Source of the DNA: Bdellovibrionales bacterium
GTDB taxonomy: Bacteria > Bdellovibrionota > Bdellovibrionia > Bdellovibrionales > JAMPXM01
Direction: 5' to 3'
Length of the DNA: 64,000 nucleotides
Assembly: GCA_043784965.1 (NCBI GenBank)
Contig: JAYVXS010000165.1
Location: 14,834 to 78,833 of the forward strand
Positions 34,086 through 44,474 of this stretch are shown here, one piece after another. The translations under genes and the position numbers were made by a program. The notes beneath the pieces were generated by a model, which was not told where the DNA came from, searched no databases, and saw only the letters and a list, made by a program, of their open reading frames with translations. How positions within the stretch are numbered: position 1 is the stretch's first letter; every line of letters starts with the position of its first letter.

Positions 34086-34832
34086 ATGAAATCATCATCT
34101 ACGCTCAGCTTGATTCTTTTTTTCGTCAGCATCTCTGCTCAGGGAGTTAGCTTTCGCAATTCATACGTCAGCTTTGAGCTACCAAACAGATGGGCCTGCA
34201 TACTCGAACAAACCGAGTATGTTTGCCGCGCGCAAACTGCAGGACAAGAGAGCAAGGAAGCCGTTATCATCCTCACCGCGAAAGAGGCTGGCCCAGCAGA
34301 CAATTTAGCTGCCTACGAAGCGCATCTAAAATCTCCGAAACAAGTGCCCTCACTGTCCGGTGTGCCGACGATGAGCCAAGTGGTTAGTCCGCCAAAGATT
34401 ACTAATATTGCGAATCAACCCTGGGTCGATGGCTTACAGCTTGGCAGCGAGATACCAAATTATTATACGAGGTATATGGCCACGCTGAAGGATCGTATTG
34501 GGATTTTGGTGACCTTTTCGGCTCACAAAAAGTATTACAGTAAGTATGCAGATGATTTTTTCAAAGCCGTTTTGAGTTTGAAAGTTTTGGTAACCGCACA
34601 AAGCCTCAATAATGCTAATGCAACGGCGACAGGCGGCGGCAATTTTGGCTCGCCAATTAACTTGTCTAGTGACGCCAATGGGAGCTTAAACGAAGAGGCC
34701 CCACCAGAAGAAGGCTCTGGGTCAGGCTCACATCTCAAGCAATCGCTTCTCGCTTTAGGATTGGTTCTTGCGGCGATCGGCCTATATATATATGCAAAAA
34801 AACCAGCCAAAGGTCCGCCCAAGAAAAAATAG
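34086..34832 (+). CDS. Hypothetical secreted protein with C-terminal TM anchor
   Basis: The start is taken at MKSSSTLSLILFFVSISAQG. The C-terminal hydrophobic segment LLALGLVLAAIGLYIY is followed by a basic tail, KKPAKGPPKKK. Confidence 0.5.
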   Translation: MKSSSTLSLILFFVSISAQGVSFRNSYVSFELPNRWACILEQTEYVCRAQTAGQESKEAVIILTAKEAGPADNLAAYEAHLKSPKQVPSLSGVPTMSQVVSPPKITNIANQPWVDGLQLGSEIPNYYTRYMATLKDRIGILVTFSAHKKYYSKYADDFFKAVLSLKVLVTAQSLNNANATATGGGNFGSPINLSSDANGSLNEEAPPEEGSGSGSHLKQSLLALGLVLAAIGLYIYAKKPAKGPPKKK

Positions 34833-35019
34833 TCATAAATGCTCAGAGATCTCCTTTCTTTAACTTAAAAACATCAATAATTAAAGATCCTTATAGATGA
34901 ATTCAATTTGAGTTTTAACTACGCGCCCGGAGTCTAATTGAGGTAATGAACTTTAGGCACGCCAGGTTATGAAAGAGCTCTATTGATATCATCCACAAAG
35001 TTCGTTAAATCTGAGCGCT

Positions 35020-35304
35020 GTGATACTAAATGATATTTATCTATTCATAGATCAACTCGGACTCAATACTACCAAAATATATGCGGCCATTGGTGCCTTC
35101 TCGTTCCTATTGGTCTTTGCCATTAGAGAAATATTTGCTTGGTTTATGAAGACTAGTGCCATATCCAAGCAGTTTGTTAAAATATCAAACCGACTCGAGA
35201 GCATCGAGGCCAAGCTGGATCAAATTTCTCAGCCATCAGAATATGTAGCTGAGACAACCCCATCAGCTTCACAAAATAAAAAGCTCTTTGAAATTAATCA
35301 TTAG
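35020..35304 (+). CDS. Small hypothetical membrane protein
   Basis: 94-aa ORF with a GTG start and one hydrophobic segment (IYAAIGAFSFLLVFAI). No homology recognised. Confidence 0.3.
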   Translation: MILNDIYLFIDQLGLNTTKIYAAIGAFSFLLVFAIREIFAWFMKTSAISKQFVKISNRLESIEAKLDQISQPSEYVAETTPSASQNKKLFEINH

Positions 35305-35354
35305 ACCTCTTATGCAATTAGAGGTCGCTCATCATTGCTCCTGATCGAAGTCTA

Positions 35355-36851
35355 CTAATTAAAATCGGCCGCAGCTCGTATTTCAGGATTAAAATCCTTT
35401 AGTTGATCTTTAATTTCGTCAGCAGGTCCGTAAACTAAAATCTTTATATTCTTTTCGTCAAAATATTTTCGGATTACGGCATTTATTTCTTCTGTTGAGG
35501 TGCGATCAACATTCACGATATATTGTGATAAATAACTGTCGTCTATTCCATAAAGCTTCAACAGAGTGAGGTTGTGCGCAAACTTTTCAGCTGTTTCGAT
35601 TGCGGTCGGAAAGATTCCTTTCAAATATCCCTTGGCCATTTCTGCTTCTTCAGGCGTTACCCCTTGAGTATGAAACTTTTTAAGTACATTTAGCGTCTCC
35701 TCAATAGTCTTGCCAACGCTTGAGAGCTTTGTAAAAGTCGAAATCTCAAAAGGCCCGCGATCAGCTTTTGCATCAAAACCCGAACTAATTGAATAAGTCA
35801 GTCCCAGCTCTTTACGCACACGATCTACAAGCCGGCTTGAAAAAGCTCCGCCCAAAATAGTGTTAGCAATTCGGACGCTTAAAAAATCTTCGCTTGAACG
35901 CTTAATACCAAAACTTCCGATCCGAATTTGTGCCTGCACCAACCCCTTTTTATCTACTATAATGGCTTTTTGACCTTCAATTTTTTCAATAGGTGGATAG
36001 TCCACCAGACCTAAGTCGCGAGCCTGCCATGTGCCAAACAAGGACTCAGCCCTCCGTATTAGCTCAGGAGTATATTTTCCAACGATGATCAGACTGGCAT
36101 TATTTGGCCTGTAGTACTTTAGGTAATGCTGAATAATTTGCTTTTTTGAAATTTTCTGAAGACTTGATATTTTACCGATTGAAGTGTGGTTATAAGGATG
36201 ATCCCCATAGAGATACTTCACCCATGCCTTCTCGGCAAAAACGTCTGCATTGTCTTCGGACTTAATGGCATTCGCAATTAATTCTTTTCTTTTTCGTTCA
36301 ATCTCAGACTTTGAAAAAGAAGCCTGAGTCACTAGATCATGAAAAATATCCAATAGAGGTTCAGCATCCTCGGACAAGCAACTGGACGATAAAAAGGTGT
36401 AATCGCTCGCAACACTTGCTCCAAAATCGGAAGCTAATTTAGAAAGATCGGTGGCAATCTGGGGAGCCGTCTTTTTCGCGGTTCCAGTGTCCAGTAGATC
36501 TGCCACAAAATTGCCTAGTCCTGGCAAGTCTTTAGGATCAACATTCGAACCAGTCCTCAAGGTTAGAGAATAACTAACATAAGGTAAACTTACATCATTT
36601 ACCAAAAGGAGTTTAAGACCATTAGAAAGCTCACGTTCCTCATATGGTCTAAGCTTTGAACTTGAAGTTAATTTCTTGTTGAGCAAACTAGCTCGCTCAA
36701 CGCTTGTCTTAGCAGGACTAGCGTCATTCATAAACTCGCTTTTTTTCGAATTTACAGAGCAAGAACTCAAATTAAAAATTAACAAACCAATAATAACTTG
36801 GCGAAAACTTTCAGCAAAATTTTTGCAAAAATGAAGATGTGAGCACTTCAT
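35355..36851 (-). CDS. M16-family peptidase, non-catalytic-type subunit
   Basis: 498 aa with pitrilysin-like architecture. The HxxEH position reads GLGNFVADLL. It is adjacent to the active paralog with a 1-nt gap. Confidence 0.7.
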   Translation of the reverse strand: MKCSHLHFCKNFAESFRQVIIGLLIFNLSSCSVNSKKSEFMNDASPAKTSVERASLLNKKLTSSSKLRPYEERELSNGLKLLLVNDVSLPYVSYSLTLRTGSNVDPKDLPGLGNFVADLLDTGTAKKTAPQIATDLSKLASDFGASVASDYTFLSSSCLSEDAEPLLDIFHDLVTQASFSKSEIERKRKELIANAIKSEDNADVFAEKAWVKYLYGDHPYNHTSIGKISSLQKISKKQIIQHYLKYYRPNNASLIIVGKYTPELIRRAESLFGTWQARDLGLVDYPPIEKIEGQKAIIVDKKGLVQAQIRIGSFGIKRSSEDFLSVRIANTILGGAFSSRLVDRVRKELGLTYSISSGFDAKADRGPFEISTFTKLSSVGKTIEETLNVLKKFHTQGVTPEEAEMAKGYLKGIFPTAIETAEKFAHNLTLLKLYGIDDSYLSQYIVNVDRTSTEEINAVIRKYFDEKNIKILVYGPADEIKDQLKDFNPEIRAAADFN

Positions 36852-36852
36852 C

Positions 36853-38241
36853 CTATATCCCCTTCTTCTTCGGCGCCTGGTTGGGTTTTAACTGCTTTAA
36901 CGGTTTTAAAACAGCAACAATACTCTTTTCTGGCGTCAAATATTTACTCGCTACAGCTTTTATGTTCTCAGCCGTAACCGCCTGATATTTCTGAAGGTCA
37001 GTGAAGAGCTGCGAGTAATCTCCAAATAAAACTTCATTCATGGCAAGTGCCTCTGCCTTTCCAAAAACAGTCTTCAATCCATCGACGTAGGATTTCATAA
37101 CTTGTTTCTTCGCGATCTCAAGTTCAAGTGGAGTCACGTTTACATTTCGTGGGCGCCACATTTCAGATATGACAATACGACTTGCTTGCCGTGAGTCCAA
37201 CTGGGGCTTAAGACTCACGAAGGTTTCAAATACTCCGCCTTGCTGAAGCGTGTAGTTTGATACATTTACTGATGTTGCGATTTGATCCTTGTAAACAAGT
37301 CGCTTAAAGAGCCGCGATGAAGGACCATGCCCCATAATATTCGCAAGTAAATCCAAAGCATAGGAGTCTGGATTGCCAGCCTTCGGAACTAGATAACCGA
37401 TAGCTACCGTTACATTTTGAACGGCTTTTTCTATCACCTCAGTGTGCGCAATTTTCTGTGCAGACTCAGGCGTCGGTACAAAGGCAGGAATTTCTTGTGC
37501 CTTTATTTTTCCATAATACTTTTCAATAAGCCGTTTCGCATTGAGCGAATTGAAATCTCCAGCTATGACGATAATTGCATTATTTGGAGCATAATACGTA
37601 CGATAGAAACTTTTGGCAGTTTGCAAGTCAATATTGTCTAAATCTGCCATGTAGCCGATCACCGGCCAATGATATGAACTCAGTTTAAATGTTGCTCCAA
37701 ATAATACCTCCTGTAGCGCCCCCACTGGCGAATTGTCTACGCGCATTCGACGCTCTTCTTTTACAACTTCGCGTTCAGATTTTAAAAAATCCTCGCTAAT
37801 TTGCAAATTCTCCATACGATCACTTTCAACATCCATGACCAATTCTAATTTAGAGCTTGGTAGATTTTCGTAGTATCCTGTATAATCGTGGGTGGTGAAC
37901 GCATTGTTACTTGCGCCGTTCATTTGCAGAATGCTTTCAAACTGATCGCCTGTATATTTCTTCGCCCCTTTAAACATCATATGTTCAAAAAGGTGGGCGA
38001 TTCCGGTTGTCCCTGGCCTCTCGCTCTTAGAACCTACACGAAACCAAGTTTGGTAACTAACAATAGGTGTGGCATGCTCTTCGTATAGCAAAACGGTCAA
38101 GCCATTTTGCAATTTATACTTCTCAACCTTGAAGCTAATCTGTTCACTAAAATCAGGATTGGCGAAGCCACTCACTGCTAAAAAAAAACTAATAAAGCTA
38201 AACCAAAAAACTGACTTATAAAGTTGCGATTGGTGCACCAC
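36853..38241 (-). CDS. M16-family zinc peptidase (pitrilysin/insulinase-like), catalytic type
   Basis: 462 aa with a signal peptide. The inverted zinc motif HxxEH lies in GIAHLFEHMMFKG. Confidence 0.8.
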   Translation of the reverse strand: MVHQSQLYKSVFWFSFISFFLAVSGFANPDFSEQISFKVEKYKLQNGLTVLLYEEHATPIVSYQTWFRVGSKSERPGTTGIAHLFEHMMFKGAKKYTGDQFESILQMNGASNNAFTTHDYTGYYENLPSSKLELVMDVESDRMENLQISEDFLKSEREVVKEERRMRVDNSPVGALQEVLFGATFKLSSYHWPVIGYMADLDNIDLQTAKSFYRTYYAPNNAIIVIAGDFNSLNAKRLIEKYYGKIKAQEIPAFVPTPESAQKIAHTEVIEKAVQNVTVAIGYLVPKAGNPDSYALDLLANIMGHGPSSRLFKRLVYKDQIATSVNVSNYTLQQGGVFETFVSLKPQLDSRQASRIVISEMWRPRNVNVTPLELEIAKKQVMKSYVDGLKTVFGKAEALAMNEVLFGDYSQLFTDLQKYQAVTAENIKAVASKYLTPEKSIVAVLKPLKQLKPNQAPKKKGI

Positions 38242-38326
38242 AGATGCTCTCCTCTGATGAGTTGAATGCGCCGAACATTCGATTTCGTCAGCTGCAATTG
38301 TCTCTGTGATGGCAATGGGATGTCAA

Positions 38327-38851
38327 TTACTGAACTAAGAATTTATCGAAGTAAATATCTTTAACGAGACCGGTCTTTAAAGACTTATTGATCTCGCTCG
38401 CTATTTCATTTTTCAAAAAAAGCTTACCTTGAAGACTTTCGATCTCTGAAAATTCTTTCTTATTGAGAAGCGCCACTATCATATCTCTCTCGTGAGAAAC
38501 ATTTTTGACTACGTCTTCGAAGCCGTCTTGATCAAGCATCTCTAAGGAAAGCTCGATACGGACGACCTTCGGCGGAGTTCCCGCAAGATTCACAGTAAAG
38601 GCTTCCATACGAAATAGAATCGGCCCAGCCACTTGCTTCTCTAGCTCCAACTTTTCTTTTTTAAGTAACTCAAGCGCGGCGGGCTCTCTCAGCGAAGGCC
38701 GATGATATCCAATTGTATTTTTATAGACGAGAAAGACTCCTGCGCCCAAAACACATATGTTAATCAAAGCAAAACCAAGGTCTGCAAACTTTGCAAGATC
38801 GAGTTTCTTTTTTGGCGCCTGACCCTCTTCAGCCTTTTTCTCTTCAGCCAT
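38327..38851 (-). CDS. fliL: Flagellar basal-body-associated protein FliL
   Basis: 174 aa with a single N-terminal TM segment. FTVNLAG...VRIELSLEM is FliL-like. A sigma-28-type promoter lies upstream. Confidence 0.65.
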   Translation of the reverse strand: MAEEKKAEEGQAPKKKLDLAKFADLGFALINICVLGAGVFLVYKNTIGYHRPSLREPAALELLKKEKLELEKQVAGPILFRMEAFTVNLAGTPPKVVRIELSLEMLDQDGFEDVVKNVSHERDMIVALLNKKEFSEIESLQGKLFLKNEIASEINKSLKTGLVKDIYFDKFLVQ

Positions 38852-38891
38852 AATTCCTCATCTTAACATTAAGTCCTGCTCTACTAAGGTC

Positions 38892-38918
38892 TTATCGGAC
38901 TAACCGAGTGGGGCTTTA
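38892..38918 (-). promoter_or_regulatory. Candidate sigma-28 (FliA) promoter for fliL
   Basis: The minus strand reads TAAAGCCCCACTCGGTTAGTCCGATAA. This gives TAAA and CCGATAA with the consensus spacing of TAAAGTTT-N11-GCCGATAA. The -10 element ends about 40 nt upstream of the fliL ATG. Confidence 0.5.
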
Positions 38919-39061
38919 ATATTTAACCTGAGTCCATCACATTGCAGTTTTAAGTTAAATTTGGCTTCTGAGCTTCGAATTCAAAGATCTTAACACTGTC
39001 GAACTTAAAGGCAGTCCAGCTAACTTGACAAAGTGTCAATTAGAGAAAATCATAAATAGAT

Positions 39062-40081
39062 ATGATGAAACTATTATGTCTCATATTTTGTTCATTTGGT
39101 CTTTTGCTTGGCGCGAAGGCTTCAGCCGAAGGCACGGCTCAGACTGAGAAGGTCGAGCCTTCATCAAAAATACCAGCGGCACTTGTGCATTATTTCACCA
39201 GCCAATATTACTCGCCCTACGTACTTCTTGTGGACAAGAAGGCTCGGGAATTAAGTGTTTGGGAGATGCAAAACAACAGTCTAAAAAAAGTCGCAAGTTA
39301 TCCGGCTGACCTTGGCAAAAATGACGGTGAAAAACGAGAGCCCGGCGACAAAAAAACTCCCAGCGGAATATATTTCTTAGAAAAGAAACTCGAGGGCCAA
39401 AACCTTGATCACAAGCTTTATGGCGAGCGAGCCTTCACTACAAATTATCCAAATTTTTTTGATCGAATAGATGGTAAGGGCGGATCGGGCATTTGGTTTC
39501 ATGCTGTACCCGATAGCGTTCCTCTTACGCGTGGATCTAGAGGCTGTGTTGTGGTTCGCAACGATGTGATTAAAGAAGTAAGCCAATACGTAAAACTTTT
39601 ACGAACGCCGATCATAATTCAAGACGATATGGAGCTCATTAGTGTTGATGATATGAAAAAGCTCTCATCTGGCACAACGAAGATGCTCGATGAATGGCGC
39701 GCCGCTTGGCAAAGTAAAAAAATCGATGATTATATTTCCTTTTACGACAAAGACTTTACGTCGCAAGGAATGAACGTCAAAAAATGGAAGAACTTTAAAG
39801 CTGGTCTGAACCAAACCTATAAAGAAATCAAGGTCAGTCTTTCAAAGCCTATGATCTTTGCTTACAAGAATTATGCAATCGCAAGATTTTTACAATCCTA
39901 TCGATCTGATCAACATGAAGATTTTGGTGAAAAAATAATTTATCTAGTTAAGCGCGGCGACTCTTTTAAAATTCTTGGTGAGGACTGGCTAACTGAGACC
40001 GACGAGATCGCCAAGACCGAAGTGGTCCCAAGCGTCGAACTCATCCCTGCTGCCGAACCAACTTCGACTAGTAGCCGCTAG
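39062..40081 (+). CDS. L,D-transpeptidase (YkuD) with C-terminal NTF2/SnoaL-like domain
   Basis: Signal peptide. The catalytic region is GIWFHAVPDSVPLTRGSRGCVVV (His...Ser-x-Gly-Cys). The C-terminal part, LDEWRAAWQSKKIDDYISFYDKDF, is of the Cds6-like type. Confidence 0.75.
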   Translation: MMKLLCLIFCSFGLLLGAKASAEGTAQTEKVEPSSKIPAALVHYFTSQYYSPYVLLVDKKARELSVWEMQNNSLKKVASYPADLGKNDGEKREPGDKKTPSGIYFLEKKLEGQNLDHKLYGERAFTTNYPNFFDRIDGKGGSGIWFHAVPDSVPLTRGSRGCVVVRNDVIKEVSQYVKLLRTPIIIQDDMELISVDDMKKLSSGTTKMLDEWRAAWQSKKIDDYISFYDKDFTSQGMNVKKWKNFKAGLNQTYKEIKVSLSKPMIFAYKNYAIARFLQSYRSDQHEDFGEKIIYLVKRGDSFKILGEDWLTETDEIAKTEVVPSVELIPAAEPTSTSSR

Positions 40082-40128
40082 GACTCATGCGAAAGTAAAA
40101 TGTGCGTTTTAGCGCCAGGGACTTTAAA

Positions 40129-40326
40129 TTAAGACTCGCTAGAAGAAAACATATCTTGCTCTGAAACCTCTTCGTTGAGTTCAAGACTTGCTAGGTTGTG
40201 GCTTGAATCTGGGAGATCGACCAAAAACTTTTTAAGTTCATCTGGGGTCAGTACATTTCGTGAAATATTCCAATCGATCATACGCTTATCAAACTTTAAA
40301 TTTTCAATGTCTTTTTTGAGACTCAT
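40129..40326 (-). CDS. Small acidic hypothetical protein
   Basis: 65-aa ORF. No motif recognised. Confidence 0.3.
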   Translation of the reverse strand: MSLKKDIENLKFDKRMIDWNISRNVLTPDELKKFLVDLPDSSHNLASLELNEEVSEQDMFSSSES

Positions 40327-40413
40327 TTGGACTCCCTAATATTTTTTGATGTCCGAACATAGAACTGATTGCTACAAAAGTCTTCATAAATCGACAGCAG
40401 CTCAGAAAGCAGC

Positions 40414-41178
40414 CTAATTCCAGTATCTCGGACCGTCTTTCTTCTTTTCATTATTTACCACGAGCTTGAGTTTACTGCTCTTAGTACTGGTTTTCTCTCG
40501 CCATTTTTTCTGTTGGAGTTTCTTATTGAGCAAAAGAAATAAATAGCCTGATGCCAGACCGCCCAAATGAGCCAGGCTTGCAACTTCACTACCAGCAATG
40601 CCCGTATTGATGAGATTGACGACTTCAATACCACCCAAAATCATCACAAAATACTTAGCCTTCATTGGGAACATCATCATAAAATAAACGGTCCGCTCTC
40701 CAAAAAGCATTCCATAGGCTAGCATTAGTCCAAAAATAGCACCAGAGGCGCCCATAACTGGAGTCAACAGCACAGTAACAGAGCCCCCAGCAAGCGCAAA
40801 TATCAGCACAATCGTCACATATAGAAATGCCGCCCCTACCGCACAGACCATATAATAGGTTAGAAAAAATTTCGCACCCCAACGCTGCTCAAGCTCAGCC
40901 CCAAGCCACCAAAGTGCCAAAAGATTTAATATAATATGAAATGGACTCGCACTATGTAAAAAAGCATAGGTAAAAAGCTGCCAAATAAAAAATTTATTTA
41001 AAACAAAATCTGGAATCAAAGCAAAGTAAGTCGCAAAAAATTGGCCGCCAAAAAAAAACCGATCAATAATGAGTTGGCCTACGAGCCAAATGGCGGCGCA
41101 TGATATAACTAAAAACTTCACCACCGGAGTGAAGGGAATCATGGTTTGCATTGGTCCGCCGGCACCTCGATTACCCAA
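40414..41178 (-). CDS. Rhomboid-family intramembrane serine protease
   Basis: TTG start with SD AAGGAG 7 nt upstream. The catalytic motifs are GASGAIFG and AHLGG, within a multi-TM layout. Confidence 0.8.
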   Translation of the reverse strand: MGNRGAGGPMQTMIPFTPVVKFLVISCAAIWLVGQLIIDRFFFGGQFFATYFALIPDFVLNKFFIWQLFTYAFLHSASPFHIILNLLALWWLGAELEQRWGAKFFLTYYMVCAVGAAFLYVTIVLIFALAGGSVTVLLTPVMGASGAIFGLMLAYGMLFGERTVYFMMMFPMKAKYFVMILGGIEVVNLINTGIAGSEVASLAHLGGLASGYLFLLLNKKLQQKKWREKTSTKSSKLKLVVNNEKKKDGPRYWN

Positions 41179-41189
41179 AAACTAACTCC

Positions 41190-41603
41190 TTAGTCCTTAA
41201 TTTTTTCACTGAGCTCTAACAAAATACCACCCGTGGAAGCCGGATGTACAAAGATGATCCGGCAATTGTGAGCACCCATTGTGGGAGCTTCATTAATGAG
41301 TCTAATGCCTTGTGATTTCAAATTCTTCACCAATTGATCAAGGCCTTTGACTCGCAAACATATATGATGAACGCCCGGGCCTCTCTTCTCAAGAAATTTT
41401 TTAATGACGCTATCATCTGAAGTCGGCTCAAGGAGCTCAAGATTTGCCTGGTTTTCGCACTTCAAAAGTAAAGTACGTACCTTTTCATTTGGCACCTCCT
41501 CAATTCCCATATTTTCAAAGCCAAGCGCCTTGTAAAACCCCACTCCCTTATCAAGACTTTCAACTGCGATACCAATATGATCGAGTTCAAAACTGAATTT
41601 CAT
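41190..41603 (-). CDS. mce: Methylmalonyl-CoA epimerase (VOC family)
   Basis: 137 aa. LDHIGIAVESLDKGVGFYKALGF...GPGVHHICLRV...IFVHPASTGGILLELSE. Confidence 0.75.
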   Translation of the reverse strand: MKFSFELDHIGIAVESLDKGVGFYKALGFENMGIEEVPNEKVRTLLLKCENQANLELLEPTSDDSVIKKFLEKRGPGVHHICLRVKGLDQLVKNLKSQGIRLINEAPTMGAHNCRIIFVHPASTGGILLELSEKIKD

Positions 41604-41652
41604 CTCCCCACCTTCTCATCATAAAAACTGGCTTGGCATTTACTGTTTCAGC

Positions 41653-42264
41653 CTATTGAATCTCTTTAAAAAATTTCTGAAGCCGAGAATAGGTCATTTG
41701 CAGATCCTCAACGATGACTTTAGTCCCGGCAATAAGAGGAAAAAAATTGGTGTCGCCGTTCCAACGAGGAACAATATGAAAATGCAAATGATCTGGAATT
41801 CCAGCCCCAGAAGCCGCACCTAAATTTGATCCAATATTGAAGGCCTGAGGATTGTACTCCATTTTTAAGGCCTCCACACATTTCTGAGTCAGGCGATAAA
41901 TTTCACGCAGCTCCTCTTCACAAAGCGCCAGAAAGTCACCCTCGTGCCGCGTCGGCAAGACCAACAAATGACCAGCATTATATGGAAACTTATTCATCAC
42001 CACTTGGGCAAATGAATTCCTAAACAAACAAAGACTTGAAAAATCGACTGGAGCCTTGGCCGAGACACAAAAGACACAATCTTTCGGCTCCTTACTTTTG
42101 CTAGATTTGACATATTGATAGCGATCTGGCCTAAAAAGAACCTCAGCGCGTTTAGGCCAACTGGTTTTCACTTTCGACTCTTTTTTTAGCTTCGGATTGT
42201 CTTTTTTTACAGTACTAGCTTTGCTTTTCTTTAAAGTTTTGCCCATCTCAGACGCCCTATTCAT
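41653..42264 (-). CDS. HIT-family nucleotide hydrolase/transferase
   Basis: The histidine triad is HLHFHIVPRW. CVFC is near the N-terminus, and a basic N-terminal extension is present. Confidence 0.75.
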   Translation of the reverse strand: MNRASEMGKTLKKSKASTVKKDNPKLKKESKVKTSWPKRAEVLFRPDRYQYVKSSKSKEPKDCVFCVSAKAPVDFSSLCLFRNSFAQVVMNKFPYNAGHLLVLPTRHEGDFLALCEEELREIYRLTQKCVEALKMEYNPQAFNIGSNLGAASGAGIPDHLHFHIVPRWNGDTNFFPLIAGTKVIVEDLQMTYSRLQKFFKEIQ

Positions 42265-42269
42265 CTTGT

Positions 42270-42302
42270 AAAAAGAGCAGGCTGCCTCATTAAAGACAGC
42301 CT
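42270..42302 (-). terminator. Probable intrinsic terminator after rpsA
   Basis: The minus strand reads AGGCTG, 12-nt loop, CAGCCT, then GCTCTTTTT. Confidence 0.5.
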
Positions 42303-42311
42303 AAGAATTAA

Positions 42312-44144
42312 CTATTCGTCGTCCTTGCTAATGCCTTTAAGTGCATCGCCAAACAGATCACCAAAACTTGTCTTAGAAGTCGAAGTCGCCTTTTTAACAT
42401 AATCCTCAACATCAGCCTTAGTTTCTCTGAGTTTCACAAGTTTAGCGCTAAGGCCAATTTTGCGAGCCTCTTTATCAATTGTGATCACTTCAGCCTTCAA
42501 CTCATCGCCAACTTTTACGGCGTCTTCTGGCTTAGTAATACGCTCAGTGGTGATTTCGCTAATGTGAATAAGACCTTCGATATCACTTTCAAGTTCAACA
42601 AATACACCAAAGTCAGCTGTTTTCACAACCTTCACCATATGTTGTGTTCCAACTTTATATTTCGAGTCAATATTCGCCCAAGGATCAGATTCAAGCTGCT
42701 TAATACCAAGTGAGAATCTCTCATTTTCGATATCCACACCCAGAACAACCGCACGAATATTTTGACCCTTTGTGAACATTTCAGAAGGATGATTGATACG
42801 TTTTGTCCAAGAAAAGTCAGAAACGTGAATCAGGCCATCAATGCCCTCTTCGATACCAATAAAGATACCGAAATCAGTGATAGATTTTACTTCACCTTCG
42901 ATGATCGTCCCTGGTGAATAACTGGCCTTCAACTCAACCCATGGATTGGCTTGAAGCTGCTTCATACCAAGTGAAATTCTGCGATTAGTTGTGTCAACTT
43001 CGAGAACAACCACTTCGACTTCATCACCAACGTTGATGATTTGAGAAGGATGTTTCACTCGTTTAGTCCAGCTCATCTCACTCACGTGGATAAGACCTTC
43101 AATACCCTCATTGATTTCAACAAATGCGCCATATTCAGCCAAAGAAACAACTTTGCCCTTAAGCTTTGTTCCCGGAAGATAAGCTTCTTTCGCTGCTTCC
43201 CAAGGATCTTTCTGAAGTTGCTTAAGACCAAGACTCACGCGCTCACGCTCGTTGTCATATTTAAGCACCATAACTTCGATTTCATCGCCCATATTCAAAA
43301 TTTCACTTGGGTGTTTTACACGCCCCCAGCTCATATCTGTAATATGCAGAAGACCATCCATTCCACCCAGATCAATGAAAGCGCCGTAATCCGTGATATT
43401 TTTTACAATACCAGTAACCCGAGAGCCCTCTTTCATTGCATCCAGAGTTTGAGTTCTGAGATTTTCACGCTCTTCAGCGAGAAGTGCACGGCGAGAAAGT
43501 ACAATATTGCCACGTTTTTTGTTAAATTTAATAACTTTGAATTTATATTTTTTACCGATGTAGATATCCATATTGCGAACTGGTCGCAAATCGATTTGGC
43601 TACCAGGCAAGAAAGCTTTTACACCGATATCAACACTGAGTCCGCCTTTTACTTTGGCGATTACAGTACCTTCGATGAGCTCTTCATTTTCAGCAGCGCG
43701 AGAAATATCATTCCATGCCCTGAGCATATCTGCTTTATCTTTAGATAGAACAACCATGCCATTTTCATTTTCAATTCGATCAATATAAACTTCGATTTGT
43801 TCGCCTGGCTTGATTTGTCTCACGCCGTCGACCACTCGAAACTCATTTACCGGAATCAAACCCTCAGACTTATAATTAATGTCGACCAAAACGTAGTCGG
43901 TTTGAACTTCAACGACTATCCCAGGGACAACATCGCCTACTGTAAAATCTTTTTCTAAAATAGAGGCCTTAAAAAGATCATCGAATTTCTCTTTCGCAGC
44001 AGCTGCCGTCATCACACCTACATCTTTTTTAAGAACTTCTTTATCGGCTTGCTCGAGCATCGCAAGAATTTTCTCTTGCTCGAGTTGCGCCCTCGTCAGA
44101 TTCACCTTACCGGACTTGGTTTTTGTTTTTGTTTCAGACATCAT
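42312..44144 (-). CDS. rpsA: 30S ribosomal protein S1
   Basis: 610 aa with six S1 (OB-fold) repeats. The motif G.V...tdfGaFV.l..gieGLiHiSe recurs. Confidence 0.9.
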   Translation of the reverse strand: MMSETKTKTKSGKVNLTRAQLEQEKILAMLEQADKEVLKKDVGVMTAAAAKEKFDDLFKASILEKDFTVGDVVPGIVVEVQTDYVLVDINYKSEGLIPVNEFRVVDGVRQIKPGEQIEVYIDRIENENGMVVLSKDKADMLRAWNDISRAAENEELIEGTVIAKVKGGLSVDIGVKAFLPGSQIDLRPVRNMDIYIGKKYKFKVIKFNKKRGNIVLSRRALLAEERENLRTQTLDAMKEGSRVTGIVKNITDYGAFIDLGGMDGLLHITDMSWGRVKHPSEILNMGDEIEVMVLKYDNERERVSLGLKQLQKDPWEAAKEAYLPGTKLKGKVVSLAEYGAFVEINEGIEGLIHVSEMSWTKRVKHPSQIINVGDEVEVVVLEVDTTNRRISLGMKQLQANPWVELKASYSPGTIIEGEVKSITDFGIFIGIEEGIDGLIHVSDFSWTKRINHPSEMFTKGQNIRAVVLGVDIENERFSLGIKQLESDPWANIDSKYKVGTQHMVKVVKTADFGVFVELESDIEGLIHISEITTERITKPEDAVKVGDELKAEVITIDKEARKIGLSAKLVKLRETKADVEDYVKKATSTSKTSFGDLFGDALKGISKDDE

Positions 44145-44363
44145 AGGGTTTGTTTCTTCCTCCTTTGAGAAAACCTACTTCAGTAAGTTTTCTAACCCAA
44201 AATTGACCCACGCTATTTTTTAAAAAGGCAGGTTTAAATCAAGAGCTTATTTGTTCTATTCGCTATACTTATAGTGAACAGAGTAATCATTTATAGGGCG
44301 GGCCCTTTGAAAGTCAAAGGGAAAAGGCTTGAATTAAACAGAGTTTTTAATAAATAAGGGGGA

Positions 44364-44463
44364 ATTCAGGGTCGGGCAAACCGCAAACTGAAGACAGAGA
44401 CAGATTCAGGCTACTGAAATCAGCGGCGACTGCCTAGGAATTCGTCATAGGAATTCGTCATAG
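44364..44463 (+). repeat. Dispersed-repeat variant (copy G) plus 13-bp tandem duplication (TAGGAATTCGTCA x2.2)
   Basis: ATTCAGGGTCGGGCAAACCGCAAACTGAAGACAGAGACAGATTCAGGCTACTGAAATCAGCGGCGACTGCC shares the words CAGGGNC, GAGAC, GGCAAAC and CTGAAA and the GC-rich tail with the other copies. It lies in the cmk-rpsA spacer. Confidence 0.55.
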
Positions 44464-44474
44464 AAGCTGTCTAT

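Noticed and set aside
40085-40128. Partial similarity (AAAATGTGCGTTTTA) to the arm of the 23415-23577 hairpin, suggesting a second copy.
   Set aside because: Only about 13 of 15 nt match, and no partner arm or extended similarity is present. It is indistinguishable from chance without a statistical search.
43041-43748. A 235-aa ORF on the + strand inside rpsA. Similar long antisense ORFs occur at 26743-27249 (in top6B), 33036-33584 (in the LysR gene) and 15107-15852 (in the repeat protein).
   Set aside because: They lie fully antisense to genes with strong family signatures and have low-complexity or odd composition. They lack SD sequences. They are typical shadow ORFs of AT-rich or repetitive coding DNA.
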